Positions 34,704-44,505 of a DNA stretch of 64,000 bases are shown here, piece after piece; the stretch's first letter is position 1; the number at the start of each line of letters is the position of its first letter. Below the pieces are notes generated by a model, which saw only the letters and a list, made by a program, of their open reading frames with translations, was not told the DNA's origin and searched no databases. Source of the stretch: Thermoanaerobaculia bacterium (lineage in GTDB: Bacteria > Acidobacteriota > Thermoanaerobaculia > Multivoradales > JAGPDF01); the NCBI GenBank assembly GCA_048500095.1, contig JASNYQ010000001.1, forward strand, positions 246,136 through 310,135, in the 5' to 3' direction. A program made the translations under genes and the position numbers.

Positions 34704-36254
34704 ATGGACAGCACCAAGATCCTCCAGCTCCGCGAGGAGCGAGCCCGCCTCTATCTCGGCGGCGGGCGTGAGCGTCTCGAGCGGCAGCACGCCGCCGGCA
34801 AGCTCACGGCCCGCGAGCGGCTCGCCCTCCTCTTCGACCCGAGCACCTTCCAGGAATGGAACCTGTTCGTCCACCACCGCTCGACCCACCCCGACCTCGC
34901 GGGGCGCGAGCTCCCCGGGGAGGGGGTGGTCACCGGCCTCGGGCTGGCCGACGGCCGGCCGCTCTACGCCGCGAGCCAGGACTTCACGGTCGCCGGCGGG
35001 TCGGTCGGCGAGGCGGGGGCGAAGAAGATCTGCGACATCATGGACGCCGCCCTGAAGACCGGCGACCCGTTCGTCTTCATCAACGACGGCGCCGGGGCCC
35101 GCATCCAGGAGGGGGTCGACGCCCTCGACGGCTACGGCCACATCTTCTACCGCAACGTCCTGCTCTCGGGCGTGGTGCCGCAGATCGCCATCGTGGCCGG
35201 CCCCTGTGCCGGCGGCGCCGCCTATTCGCCGGCGCTGACCGACTTCATCATCCAGGTGCGGGGGCGCGGCCAGCTCTACATCACCGGCCCCTCGGTGATC
35301 AAGGAGGTCACCGGCGAGGAGGTCACCGCCGAGTACCTGGGCGGCGTCGACAGCCACTCGCGCGTCTCGGGCGTGGTCCACTTCGTGGCCGAGGACGACG
35401 CCTCGGCGATCGCGCTCACCCGCCGGCTGCTCTCGTTCCTGCCCAGCAACAACACCGACGACCCGCCGTTCGTCCGCGAGCTGCACGACGAGGTCGTGGT
35501 GGCCGACGAGGGGTTCGACGCCGCGGTCCCGGACGACCCGCGCGAGCCGTACGACATCCGCCAGGTCATCCTGCGCGCCGTCGACCGCGCCGATTTCCTG
35601 GAGATCCAGCGCGACTGGGCGGCCAACCTGGTGATCGGCCTCGGCCGCCTGAGCGGGCGGACGGTCGGCGTGGTCGCCAACCAGCCGATGGTGCGCGCCG
35701 GCGTGCTCGACATCGACGCCTCCGACAAGGCGGCGCGCTTCATCCGCTTCTGCAACGCCTTCAACATCCCGCTGCTCACCTTCGTGGACGTCCCGGGCTT
35801 CCTGCCCGGCGTCAAGCAGGAGCTCGGCGGCATCATCCGCCACGGCGCCAAGATGCTCTTCGCCTACGCCGCGGCCACCGTGCCGAAGCTCACGGTGGTG
35901 ATCCGCAAGGCCTACGGCGGCGCCTTCCTCGCGATGTGCGCCAAGGCGATGGGCGCCGACCGCGCCTGCGCCTGGCCCACCGCCGAGATCGCGGTGATGG
36001 GGGCCGAAGGCGCCGTCCGGGTCCTCAACCGCAAGGAGATCGAGAGCGCCGAGGACCCGGAGGCCGAGGTCCGCCACCGCGTCGCCGAGTACCAGCGGAC
36101 CTTCTCCAACCCGCGCGTGGCGGCCGGCCGGGGGATGATCGACGACATCATCGAGCCCTCCGAGACCCGCCTCTATCTCGCCAGCGCGCTCGAGGTCCTG
36201 AAGGCGAAGCGCGAGCTGCGGCCACAGAAGAAGCACGGCCTCATCCCCATGTGA
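34704..36254 (+). CDS. mmdA: Acyl-CoA carboxyltransferase (methylmalonyl-CoA decarboxylase alpha / propionyl-CoA carboxylase beta family)
   Basis: 516 aa. ...AASQDFTVAGGSVGEAGAKKI..., ...NQPMVRAGVLDIDASDKAARFIRFCNAFNIPLLTFVDVPGFLPG... Confidence 0.9.
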   Translation: MDSTKILQLREERARLYLGGGRERLERQHAAGKLTARERLALLFDPSTFQEWNLFVHHRSTHPDLAGRELPGEGVVTGLGLADGRPLYAASQDFTVAGGSVGEAGAKKICDIMDAALKTGDPFVFINDGAGARIQEGVDALDGYGHIFYRNVLLSGVVPQIAIVAGPCAGGAAYSPALTDFIIQVRGRGQLYITGPSVIKEVTGEEVTAEYLGGVDSHSRVSGVVHFVAEDDASAIALTRRLLSFLPSNNTDDPPFVRELHDEVVVADEGFDAAVPDDPREPYDIRQVILRAVDRADFLEIQRDWAANLVIGLGRLSGRTVGVVANQPMVRAGVLDIDASDKAARFIRFCNAFNIPLLTFVDVPGFLPGVKQELGGIIRHGAKMLFAYAAATVPKLTVVIRKAYGGAFLAMCAKAMGADRACAWPTAEIAVMGAEGAVRVLNRKEIESAEDPEAEVRHRVAEYQRTFSNPRVAAGRGMIDDIIEPSETRLYLASALEVLKAKRELRPQKKHGLIPM

Positions 36255-36273
36255 GGCCGGTGAGGCGCGCGCC

Positions 36274-36621
36274 GTGGACCACAACTTCGGGCTCGAGATC
36301 ACCCTCGTCGGACTCACTGTCGTCTTCGTCGCCCTGCTCGTCATCGTCGGCGCCGTCGCGCTCATGCGCCGTCTCGACGAGCGCTGGCAGAAGAGCGAGG
36401 AGGCCGCCGACGAGGCCGCCTTCGGCAAGTCGCCGAACATCGACTACACCACCGTCGTGCTCCTCTCGGCGGCCGTGGCCACGATCTTCCTCGGCCGCGC
36501 CCGCATCCGCAGCGTCCGCCGGCTCCTGCCCACCGACTTCGTCGCCAGCCCCTGGTCGGTGACGGGGCGCTCGGTGCTGCAGGGCTCGCACGTCATCTCG
36601 AAGCACACGCCGAGGTCCTGA
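36274..36621 (+). CDS. Small membrane subunit of Na+-translocating decarboxylase (OadG/MmdD-like)
   Basis: GTG start. Single N-terminal TM (ITLVGLTVVFVALLVIVGAVALM). Position between the carboxyltransferase and biotin carrier genes. Confidence 0.5.
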   Translation: MDHNFGLEITLVGLTVVFVALLVIVGAVALMRRLDERWQKSEEAADEAAFGKSPNIDYTTVVLLSAAVATIFLGRARIRSVRRLLPTDFVASPWSVTGRSVLQGSHVISKHTPRS

Positions 36622-36644
36622 GGCCCGGCACCGGAGAACCGGCC

Positions 36645-37049
36645 ATGAAGCTCAGAATCACCGTGCACGGCGTCGCCTACGAGGTCGACGTCGAGGTCCT
36701 GGAGGCGGCCGAGGGCTTCCCCGGCGCCGCCCCGCTGCCCCTCCCGCTGCCCGTCGCGCCTCCCGCCGCCGCGTATCCCGCGGCGGCCGCCCCCGCCGGA
36801 CCGGCCGCGGCACCGCCCCCCGCCGGCCCGGCCGGCAGCCGCTCGATCGCCTCTCCGGTCGCCGGCACCGTCCTCGAGGTCAGGGTCAAGGTCGGCGACG
36901 TGCTCCAGGAGAACCAGGTCGTCCTCGTCCTCGAGACGATGAAGATGAAGACCTCCATCGCCGCCCCGGCGCGCGGCAAGGTGGCGGAGATCCTGGTCGG
37001 GGTCGGCGACGCGGTCAAGGAGGGGCAGGCGCTGCTCGCCTACCAGTAG
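36645..37049 (+). CDS. mmdC: Biotin carboxyl carrier protein subunit of the decarboxylase
   Basis: Pro/Ala-rich linker then biotinyl domain SPVAGTVLEVRVKVGDVLQENQVVLVLETMKMKTSIAAPARGKVAEILV. Confidence 0.8.
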   Translation: MKLRITVHGVAYEVDVEVLEAAEGFPGAAPLPLPLPVAPPAAAYPAAAAPAGPAAAPPPAGPAGSRSIASPVAGTVLEVRVKVGDVLQENQVVLVLETMKMKTSIAAPARGKVAEILVGVGDAVKEGQALLAYQ

Positions 37050-37053
37050 CGCG

Positions 37054-38178
37054 ATGGAGACACTCCTCGACTTCCTCCAGGCGGGGGTCATCGGCAACTT
37101 CAGCTGGGGCAACCTCGGCATGCTCGCCGTGGGTTGCTTCTTCCTCTACCTGGCGATCAAGAAGGACTACGAGCCGCTGCTGCTGGTGCCGATCGGCTTC
37201 GGGATCCTGGTCGGGAACATCCCGTTCGCGCGCGGTATGGGGATCGGCATCTACGAGACCGGCAGCGTCCTCAGCATCCTCTACCAGGGCGTCACCTCCG
37301 GCTGGTACCCGCCGCTCATCTTCCTCGGCATCGGGGCGATGACCGACTTCTCCTGCATGCTCTCCAACCCGCGGCTGATCCTCCTGGGTGCCGCTGCCCA
37401 GACCGGTATCTTCGCGGCGCTCTGGAGCGCGCTGCTGCTCGGCTTCGACCCACCCCACGCCGCCGCCATCGGCATCATCGGCGGCGCCGACGGTCCGACC
37501 GCGATCTTCCTCTCCTCGCGCCTCGCCCCCGACTACCTCGGCGCGATCGCGATCGCCGCCTACTCGTACATGGCGCTGGTGCCGGTGATCCAGCCGCCGA
37601 TCATCCGCCTGCTCACCAGCCACAAGGAGCGGCGGATCCGCATGAAGCCGAACAAGCCGGTCTCGAAGCGGATGCGGATCCTCTTCCCGATCGTCGCCTT
37701 CCTGCTCTGCGCCATGATCGCGCCGGGCTCGATCAGCCTCATCGGCATGCTCTGCTTCGGCAACCTGCTCAAGGAGTCGGGGGTCACCGAGCGGCTGGCG
37801 CAGACGGCGCGCACCGCCTTCCTCGACGCGATCACGATTCTCCTGGGTCTCACCGTGGGCTGCTCGACCGACGCCTCCCGCTTCCTCACCCCGGCCTCGA
37901 TCAAGATCTTCGCCCTCGGCGCCTTCTCCTTCGGCATCGCCACCGCCGCCGGCGTCCTCTTCGCCAAGCTGATGAACGTCTTCAGCCGCGAGAAGATCAA
38001 CCCGATCATCGGCTGCGCCGGCGTCTCGGCGGTGCCCGACTCGGCGCGCGTGGCGCAGCTGGTCGCCGCCGAGGAGGACCCGCAGAACTTCGTGATCATG
38101 CACGCCATGGCTCCCAACGTGGCCGGGGTGATCGGCTCCGCGGTGGCGGCCGGCGTGCTGCTCGCCGCCCTGCAGTGA
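37054..38178 (+). CDS. mmdB: Na+-translocating decarboxylase beta subunit (OadB/MmdB family)
   Basis: METLLDFLQAGVIGNFSWGNLGMLAVG..., conserved PLLLVPIGFG and AIGIIGGADGPTAIF blocks of the OadB family. Confidence 0.9.
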   Translation: METLLDFLQAGVIGNFSWGNLGMLAVGCFFLYLAIKKDYEPLLLVPIGFGILVGNIPFARGMGIGIYETGSVLSILYQGVTSGWYPPLIFLGIGAMTDFSCMLSNPRLILLGAAAQTGIFAALWSALLLGFDPPHAAAIGIIGGADGPTAIFLSSRLAPDYLGAIAIAAYSYMALVPVIQPPIIRLLTSHKERRIRMKPNKPVSKRMRILFPIVAFLLCAMIAPGSISLIGMLCFGNLLKESGVTERLAQTARTAFLDAITILLGLTVGCSTDASRFLTPASIKIFALGAFSFGIATAAGVLFAKLMNVFSREKINPIIGCAGVSAVPDSARVAQLVAAEEDPQNFVIMHAMAPNVAGVIGSAVAAGVLLAALQ

Positions 38179-39056
38179 CCCGAACCACCGCCCTCGCCCG
38201 GCTCGCCCTGCCGCTCGCCGCTCTCCTGGCCGGCCCGGCGCTCCGGGCCGGGGAGGAGAGCGCGGCGGCGCTCGCCCGCGGCGACGCGGCGTGGGCGGGT
38301 CGCGCCGCTGGCCACCGCGGCGGCCGCGCGGCTCCGGAGCCGATCGCCGCCGCGGTCGCCGCCTGCGAGGAGGCGCTCCGTCACGATCCCCAGAGCCTCG
38401 AGGCGCACTGGAAGCTGATGCGCGCCCTCTGGTTCCAGGGCGACTACGCCACCGCCGACGCGGCGGCCCGCCGCGACCTCTTCGCCCGCGGCCGCGAGCT
38501 GGGCGAGCGCGCCAAGCAGCTGCTCGCCGCGCGCGCCGGGGCCGGGAAGGAGCTCGCGAAGCTGCCCCCCGCCGAGCGCGCCCGCCGCCTCGCGGCCGAG
38601 CCCGACGCCGCCCCGGTCCACTTCTGGGCCGCCGTCCACTGGGGGCTCTGGGGGGAGGCGTTCGGCAAGCTGGCGGCGGCGCGGCAGGGGGTGGCGGGGC
38701 GGATCCGCGACGACGCCGAGACCGTCGTGGCCCTCGACGAGCGGTTCGAGCACGCCGGAGGGCTGCGGGTGCTCGGCCGCCTCCACGACCAGGCGCCGCG
38801 GGTGCCGCTGGTGACCGGCTGGATCGACCGGGAGCGGGCCGTCGCGTCGCTGCGGCGCGCCGTGCAGCTCGCGCCGGAGAGCCTCTACAACCGGCTCTAC
38901 CTCGCCGAGGCCCTCCTCGCCCACCGCCCCGCGGCACGCGCCGAGGCCGAGGCGCTGCTCGCGGAAATCCTCGCCCGCCCGCCCGCGCCGGCGGAGCTCG
39001 TCGAGGAGAGCCGGCACCAGGAGCGGGCCCGCGAGCTCCTCGCCGGCCGCGGCTGA
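38175..39056 (+). CDS. Secreted helical/TPR-like hypothetical protein translationally coupled to mmdB
   Basis: GTG overlaps the mmdB stop (GTGA). Signal peptide ALARLALPLAALLAGPALRAG. Helical repeats. Confidence 0.45.
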   Translation: MTRTTALARLALPLAALLAGPALRAGEESAAALARGDAAWAGRAAGHRGGRAAPEPIAAAVAACEEALRHDPQSLEAHWKLMRALWFQGDYATADAAARRDLFARGRELGERAKQLLAARAGAGKELAKLPPAERARRLAAEPDAAPVHFWAAVHWGLWGEAFGKLAAARQGVAGRIRDDAETVVALDERFEHAGGLRVLGRLHDQAPRVPLVTGWIDRERAVASLRRAVQLAPESLYNRLYLAEALLAHRPAARAEAEALLAEILARPPAPAELVEESRHQERARELLAGRG

Positions 39057-39061
39057 CCGCT

Positions 39062-39979
39062 TCAGGCCGGCCGCTGCGCCGCCCGCACGGCGGCCCGCAT
39101 CGCCACCACCAGGCCGAGCACGATGAGCAGGAAGCCCACCCCCTGCACGGGGCGCGGGCGCTCGGCGAGCCAGATCGCGGCGAGGCCGGCGGTGAGGAGC
39201 GGCTGCAGCGTCGTGAAGGCGGCGGCGGTCGAGGGCGAGCTGCGCCGCACGGCCCAGGTGTTGAGGGCGAAGCTCGCCGTGGTGGGGCCGAGGCCGATGT
39301 AGGCGATCCCGGCCACCGCCTCCCGCGAGAGCGCCGTCCACTCGGTTGCCACCAGCCAGGGGAGCGAGATCGCCACCAGGCCGACGCCGCCGAAGAGGAA
39401 CGTCCAGGCGACGACGGTGCGCCAGGGGAGCCGCGCCAGCAGCGGCCGCAGGAGGACCAGGAAGAAGGCGTAGCAGAGGCAGTTGGCGAGGATCAACAGG
39501 TTGCCGATGCTCGCCCGCCAGCCGGTCCCGAGCTGCGTCGGATCGAGGAGCACGAGCGCCCCGGCCGCCGCCAGCGCCACGCCGAGAACCCGCCGGGGGC
39601 CGATCTTCTCCACCCCGAGGAGCGCCCCCGCGGCGAGGGTGAAGACCGGGATCGAGGGCATGAGGATCGAGGCGCTGGTGGCGCTGGTGAAGGAGAGCCC
39701 GAGCAGGAAGAGCCCCTGGTTCGCGGCGATGCCGAGCAGGCCGAGGAGCGCCAGCCGCGGCCAGTCGCGGCGCGCCGGCAGCAGGCGGTCGGTCCAGGCC
39801 GCGTAGGCGAGCAGCAGCGGCGTGGCGATGAGCACCCGGAGGCCGCCCAGGGCGAGCGGCGAGATCTCGCGCAGCACCACCTTCCCCGCCACCGGCAGGG
39901 TCGCGAAGAGGAGCTGCACCAGGAGCAGGACGGCGATCGCGGGGCCGTCGGGCCCGTGGCGGGGAGGGGTGGCCGGCAT
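39062..39979 (-). CDS. DMT-superfamily (EamA-like) transporter
   Basis: 10 TM. Two EamA-like halves. Start chosen at MPATPP (39979). Confidence 0.65.
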   Translation of the reverse strand: MPATPPRHGPDGPAIAVLLLVQLLFATLPVAGKVVLREISPLALGGLRVLIATPLLLAYAAWTDRLLPARRDWPRLALLGLLGIAANQGLFLLGLSFTSATSASILMPSIPVFTLAAGALLGVEKIGPRRVLGVALAAAGALVLLDPTQLGTGWRASIGNLLILANCLCYAFFLVLLRPLLARLPWRTVVAWTFLFGGVGLVAISLPWLVATEWTALSREAVAGIAYIGLGPTTASFALNTWAVRRSSPSTAAAFTTLQPLLTAGLAAIWLAERPRPVQGVGFLLIVLGLVVAMRAAVRAAQRPA

Positions 39980-40061
39980 GGGTCGCGGGCGGCGCAGGGC
40001 TCGCCCCCGGTATGCTCTCACGCCTCGGGCCCCGCGGGGCCCCGGCGGGGAGGACTCGGGG

Positions 40062-40271
40062 ATGCAAGAGAAGAGCGTTCAGGTTCCGGCGATCTCCTGC
40101 GGACACTGCGTGCGCACGATCGAGCGGGAGCTCGGCGAGGTCGAAGGGGTGCGGTCGGTCCGCGCCGACGCGGAGACGAAGCGGGTCGAGGTGGCCTGGG
40201 AGGCGCCGGCCGACTGGCCCGCGATCGCGGCCCTGCTGGCCGAGATCGGCTTCCCGCCGGCCGAGGGCTGA
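40062..40271 (+). CDS. copZ: Heavy-metal-associated copper chaperone CopZ
   Basis: 69 aa. VPAISCGHCVRTIE metal-binding motif. RBS GGGGAGG. Confidence 0.8.
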   Translation: MQEKSVQVPAISCGHCVRTIERELGEVEGVRSVRADAETKRVEVAWEAPADWPAIAALLAEIGFPPAEG

Positions 40272-40277
40272 GGCCGG

Positions 40278-42629
40278 ATGGGCGAGCCGGCGACGAGCCC
40301 ACCCCGCGCGGCCGGCGGCGAAGACGTCCGGACCGAGCTCGCGGTCACCGGGATGACCTGCGCGAACTGCGCGCTCGCGGTGGAGCGCACGCTCCTGCGG
40401 CGCGTGCCGGGGGTGCGGTCGGCGCAGGTGAACCTGGCCACCGAGCGGGCGACGGTGGAGCACGATCCGGCCCTCGCCGGTCGCGGCGATCTGGTCGCCG
40501 CCATCCGCCGGGCCGGCTACGACGTCCTCGACGAGGCGGAGCCGGAGGAGGCCGCCAACCCGGACCGGGAGCGGGAGGCGCGGGCGGCCGAGGCCCGCCG
40601 GGCGCGGCGCAAGCTGGCCGCCGGGCTCGTCTTCACCGCTCCCCTGTTCACGCTGAGCATGGGCCGGGACTTCGGGCTCCTCGGCGCCTGGGCCGCGGCC
40701 GGCTGGGTCCCCTGGCTCTTCTTCGCCCTCGCCACCCCGGTCCAGATCTACCTCGGCGGCGACTTCCTGCTCGGGGGCTGGCGCTCGCTGCGCAACGGCG
40801 TGGCCAACATGGACCTCCTGGTCGCGCTCGGCTCCTTCACCGCCTTCCTCTACAGCGTCGCGGTTGCGGTGGCGCTCTCGCTCGGCCGCCACGAGCTCGG
40901 CCACCACGTCTACTTCGAGACGGCGGCGGTGATCCTCACCCTGATCAAGGCCGGCAAGTACCTGGAGGCCCGGGCGAAGGGGCGCACCAGCGCGGCGCTC
41001 AGGGCGCTGGCCGACCTGCGCCCCCGCACCGCCCGGCTGCTGGAGGGGGACGGCGAGCGCGAGGTCGCGCTGGCCGCCGTACGTCCCGGCGACCGCCTGC
41101 GCGTGCGGCCGGGCGACCAGATCCCCACCGACGGGGTGGTGGTCACCGGGCGCTCGGCGGTCGACGAGAGCCTCCTCACCGGCGAGAGCGTGCCCGTGGA
41201 CAAGGGCCCGGGCGACCGCGTAGTCGGCGGCACCGTGAACCGGGAGGGCCTGCTCACGATGGAGGCGCGGGCGGTCGGCCGGGCGACGGTGCTGGCCCAG
41301 ATCGTCCGGCTGGTCGAGGCGGCCCAGGCCAGCCGGGCCCCGATCCAGAAGCTGGCCGACCGCGTCTCGGCCCTCTTCGTCCCCGCCGTGGTGCTGATCG
41401 CCCTCGGCGCCTTCCTCTTCTGGTGGCTGGTGGCCGGCGCCGGCCTGACGGCGGCGCTGCTGCGGCTGGTGGCGGTGCTCGTCATCGCCTGCCCCTGCGC
41501 CCTCGGGCTCGCCACCCCGACCGCGGTGATGGTCGGGACCGGGCGGGGAGCGGAGGCCGGGATCCTCTTCCGGAGCGCCGAGGCGCTGGAGCTCGCCGGC
41601 GGCCTCCGCACGGTGGTCCTCGACAAGACCGGGACGGTCACCTCCGGCGTGCCGGAGGTCGCAGAGGTCGTCCCCGGGCCCGGGGTTCCGGCCGAGCGGC
41701 TGCTCTCTCTCGCCGCGGCCGCCGAGCGCGGGAGCGAGCACCCGCTGGCCGCGGCGGTGGTGCGCGAGGCGGCCCGGCGCGGCCTCCCCCTCGGCGAGCC
41801 CGAGGCGCTCCGGGCCCACCCGGGCGAGGGGATCGCCGCCAGCGTCGCCGGGGCCGGCGTGGCGGTCGGGAGCGCCCGCTTCCTCGCCGGCCGCGGGATC
41901 GACCTCGCACCGCTCGCCGCGGCGGCCGAGAGACTCGAGAGCGCCGCCCACACCCTCCTCTGGGTCGAGCTGGACGGAGCGCTCGGGGGGCTCCTCGCGG
42001 TCCGCGACGCCGTCCGCCCCGGCGCGGCCGAGGCGGTCGGCGCGCTGCGCGCCCTCGGGCTCGACCTGCTCCTCCTCTCGGGCGACCGCGCTCCGGTGGC
42101 GGAGGCGGTGGCGCGCGAGGTCGGCATTCCGGGCGCGCTGGCCGAGGTCCTCCCCGGCGGCAAGGTGGCCGAGATCGAGCGCCTGCAGCGCGCGGGGCGC
42201 GGCCCGGTGGCGATGGTCGGCGACGGCGTCAACGACGCCCCGGCGCTGGCGCGCGCCGAGGTCGGAATCGCCTTGGCCAGCGGCGCCGACATCGCCCGCG
42301 AGGCGGCCGACGTGACCCTCCTCCACGCCGACCTGCGGGACGTCCCACGCGCCGTCGCCCTCTCGCGCGCGACGCTCCGCACCATCCGGCAGAACCTCTT
42401 CTGGGCCTTCTTCTACAACGTGCTGCTGCTGCCGGTGGCGGCCGGCGCGCTCCACCCGGTCACCGCGCTGCCCGCCGTGCTGCGCGACCTCCACCCCGCG
42501 CTCGCGGCCCTCGCGATGGCCGCGAGCAGCCTCACCGTGGTCGGCAACAGCCTCCGCCTGCGGCGCGCGGAGATCGGCGGGCGGCGGGGAGGCGGAAGGG
42601 GTTACGATCGCCGGGGCACGCGACGATGA
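40278..42629 (+). CDS. copA: Copper-translocating P1B-type ATPase
   Basis: N-terminal HMA ([12 protein letters not shown]), CPC in TM6, DKTGTVT phosphorylation site, [10 protein letters not shown]. Confidence 0.9.
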   Translation: MGEPATSPPRAAGGEDVRTELAVTGMTCANCALAVERTLLRRVPGVRSAQVNLATERATVEHDPALAGRGDLVAAIRRAGYDVLDEAEPEEAANPDREREARAAEARRARRKLAAGLVFTAPLFTLSMGRDFGLLGAWAAAGWVPWLFFALATPVQIYLGGDFLLGGWRSLRNGVANMDLLVALGSFTAFLYSVAVAVALSLGRHELGHHVYFETAAVILTLIKAGKYLEARAKGRTSAALRALADLRPRTARLLEGDGEREVALAAVRPGDRLRVRPGDQIPTDGVVVTGRSAVDESLLTGESVPVDKGPGDRVVGGTVNREGLLTMEARAVGRATVLAQIVRLVEAAQASRAPIQKLADRVSALFVPAVVLIALGAFLFWWLVAGAGLTAALLRLVAVLVIACPCALGLATPTAVMVGTGRGAEAGILFRSAEALELAGGLRTVVLDKTGTVTSGVPEVAEVVPGPGVPAERLLSLAAAAERGSEHPLAAAVVREAARRGLPLGEPEALRAHPGEGIAASVAGAGVAVGSARFLAGRGIDLAPLAAAAERLESAAHTLLWVELDGALGGLLAVRDAVRPGAAEAVGALRALGLDLLLLSGDRAPVAEAVAREVGIPGALAEVLPGGKVAEIERLQRAGRGPVAMVGDGVNDAPALARAEVGIALASGADIAREAADVTLLHADLRDVPRAVALSRATLRTIRQNLFWAFFYNVLLLPVAAGALHPVTALPAVLRDLHPALAALAMAASSLTVVGNSLRLRRAEIGGRRGGGRGYDRRGTRR

Positions 42630-43582
42630 GACCTCTGCGGCTGTCGGAGCACGGCCTCGAGCCGGTAGCGGTGGAGGACCTCCCCCGCCTGCTGGCCGAC
42701 GGCTCGTCCCGGCTCTGGGTCGACATCACGGGCCCGGAGGCCTCCCACCTCGAGGTCATGGAGCGGCTCTTCCGCTTCCACCCCCTCGCCATCGAGGACA
42801 CGCGCAACCAGCGGCAGCGCCCGAAGGCCGAGGAGTACGACGACCACCTCTTCCTCATCCTGAACCCGGCGACTGCGGGGCTCGAGGCCGACGAGACCTT
42901 CCGCGAGCTCGACGTCTTCGTCGCCGCGCGGCTCCTCGTCACCGTCCACCCGGGCGACGAGCCGGTGATCGCCGACGCCGAGCGGCGGCTCTCGCGGTGG
43001 GGTAACGGCGCGGAGCCGAGCGTCGGCCACCTGCTCTACGTCCTCCTCGACAGCGTCGTCGACACCTACTTCCCGCTCCTCGACGCGATCGATGCCGACC
43101 TCTCGGAGGTCGAGGACGAGGTGCTCGCCGAGCCGCAACCGGACCTCCTGGCGCGCCTCGTCGCCCTCAAGCGCAAGCTGGTCGACATCCGCCGCGTCGT
43201 CGCCCCGCAGCGGGAGATGCTCCACGTGCTCCTCCGGCAGGACCAGCCGCTGCTCGACGCCGCGGCCCTCCGCTACCAGTTCCGCGACGTCTACGACCAC
43301 CTGCTGCGGGTCACCGACGCCGCCGACACCTTCCGCGACCTGCTCACCAGCCTCGTGGACCTCTACATGTCGTCGGTCTCGAACCGCCTGAACCGCGTCG
43401 TGAACCGCCTGACGCGCGTCACCGTGGTGATCGGCGCGCTGGCCGTCGTCACCGGCTTCTACGGCATGAACTTCGAGCGCACCTGGCCGCCGTTCGGGAC
43501 GCCGTGGGGCACGGGGTTCGCGCTGCTGGCGATGGCGGGGGTGGCCGGGCTCCTGCTCCGGATCTTCCGCCGGGACCGCTGA
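42626..43582 (+). CDS. corA: CorA-family divalent metal ion transporter
   Basis: ATGA overlap with the copA stop. C-terminal two TM with YGMNFE signature. Confidence 0.8.
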   Translation: MRPLRLSEHGLEPVAVEDLPRLLADGSSRLWVDITGPEASHLEVMERLFRFHPLAIEDTRNQRQRPKAEEYDDHLFLILNPATAGLEADETFRELDVFVAARLLVTVHPGDEPVIADAERRLSRWGNGAEPSVGHLLYVLLDSVVDTYFPLLDAIDADLSEVEDEVLAEPQPDLLARLVALKRKLVDIRRVVAPQREMLHVLLRQDQPLLDAAALRYQFRDVYDHLLRVTDAADTFRDLLTSLVDLYMSSVSNRLNRVVNRLTRVTVVIGALAVVTGFYGMNFERTWPPFGTPWGTGFALLAMAGVAGLLLRIFRRDR

Positions 43583-43585
43583 GCG

Positions 43586-44122
43586 ATGCCCGCGAGACTC
43601 CGCGCCGCCGCCGTCCGGAGCCCGCGCCGCGCCCGCACCGCCCTTCTCCTCTCCCTCCTGGGCCTCCTCGGCCCGCTCGGATTCGGCGGCGGCTGCGCCG
43701 CGCCGCCGCCCGCGGGACCGCCGGCGGCGGCTTCCGCGCGCCACGACCTCTCGCGCGACGAGGCGCTCGGCGGGCACACCCTCGCCCGCCACGTCGGGCT
43801 CTCCGAACAGGAGCTGCGCCGGCGCCTGGCGCGGGAGCGCGGTCTCGCCGCCGCCTCCACCTTTCCCGACCGGGAGACCGCCGAGCGGGCCGTGGCGCAG
43901 GCGCTCGCCGCCCACGCGGAGCGGATCGAGCGCTGGCAGCGCCGGGGCCCGCAGCGGGCGAACCTCGCGCTCGACCTCCCCGCGCGGCCCGGAGCGAGTT
44001 GGGGCGAGACGCTCCGCCGGGGAGACCGCCGGCCGCGCCCGGCGACCCGCGCGCGCGTCGTGCTGCGGGCGCGGGGCGACGCCTTCTTCGTGCTCACCGC
44101 CTATCCGACGGAGGGCCCATGA
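43586..44122 (+). CDS. Lipoprotein carrying an RNase A-superfamily (CdiA-CT-like) nuclease domain
   Basis: Lipobox LGFGGGCAAP. GGHTLARHVGLSEQELRRRLARE...ASTFPDRETAERAVAQAL...FFVLTAYP. The His...Arg...Thr-x-Tyr arrangement resembles bacterial RNase A-like toxin domains. Family assignment is from memory of motifs and needs an HMM check. Confidence 0.5.
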   Translation: MPARLRAAAVRSPRRARTALLLSLLGLLGPLGFGGGCAAPPPAGPPAAASARHDLSRDEALGGHTLARHVGLSEQELRRRLARERGLAAASTFPDRETAERAVAQALAAHAERIERWQRRGPQRANLALDLPARPGASWGETLRRGDRRPRPATRARVVLRARGDAFFVLTAYPTEGP

Positions 44123-44496
44123 ACAGACAGCCACCCCTGCCAGCCGAAGATCGGGACGCCTCCGCGCTCGACCGCATCGAGCAGGAGTTGACCGCCGAGA
44201 CGTTCCCCGGCCTCGCCGCCTTCGCAGCCGGCTATCTCCACGAGGACCTCGAGCCCGAGCACGGCTCGGCCGCCGGCGCCGCCTGGGCGTTCTGCGAGGA
44301 GGCCGACCTGGAGGAGGTCGCCCAGGCCGCGCGCGGCTGGGAGCTGCTCGAGCTCGTCGGGCGCGAGCGCGGGACCGCCGCCGCGGCGCTGCTCCTGGTC
44401 GGCCGCTTCGGCTCCGCCTGGCAGCCCGCGGAGCCGGGCGACCTCGAGCGGGTCGGCGTCGAGCTGCGCCGGGGGCTCGAAGGCTGGGACGAGTAG
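44119..44496 (+). CDS. Acidic small protein, putative immunity/inhibitor partner of the upstream RNase
   Basis: ATGA overlap with the upstream stop. Highly acidic (D/E-rich) 125 aa, as typical for nuclease inhibitors. No family assigned. Confidence 0.4.
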   Translation: MNRQPPLPAEDRDASALDRIEQELTAETFPGLAAFAAGYLHEDLEPEHGSAAGAAWAFCEEADLEEVAQAARGWELLELVGRERGTAAAALLLVGRFGSAWQPAEPGDLERVGVELRRGLEGWDE

Positions 44497-44505
44497 ACCG
44501 CCTCT

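Noticed and set aside
37560-43582. Giant ORFs 37560..42494 (-), 38291..43582 (+) and 37015..38937 (-)
   Set aside because: Low-complexity Arg/Gly/Pro/Ala-rich translations antisense to or out of frame with the mmdB, copA and corA genes, which have clear family motifs. Only the final ~318 codons of 38291..43582 (CorA) are genuine.
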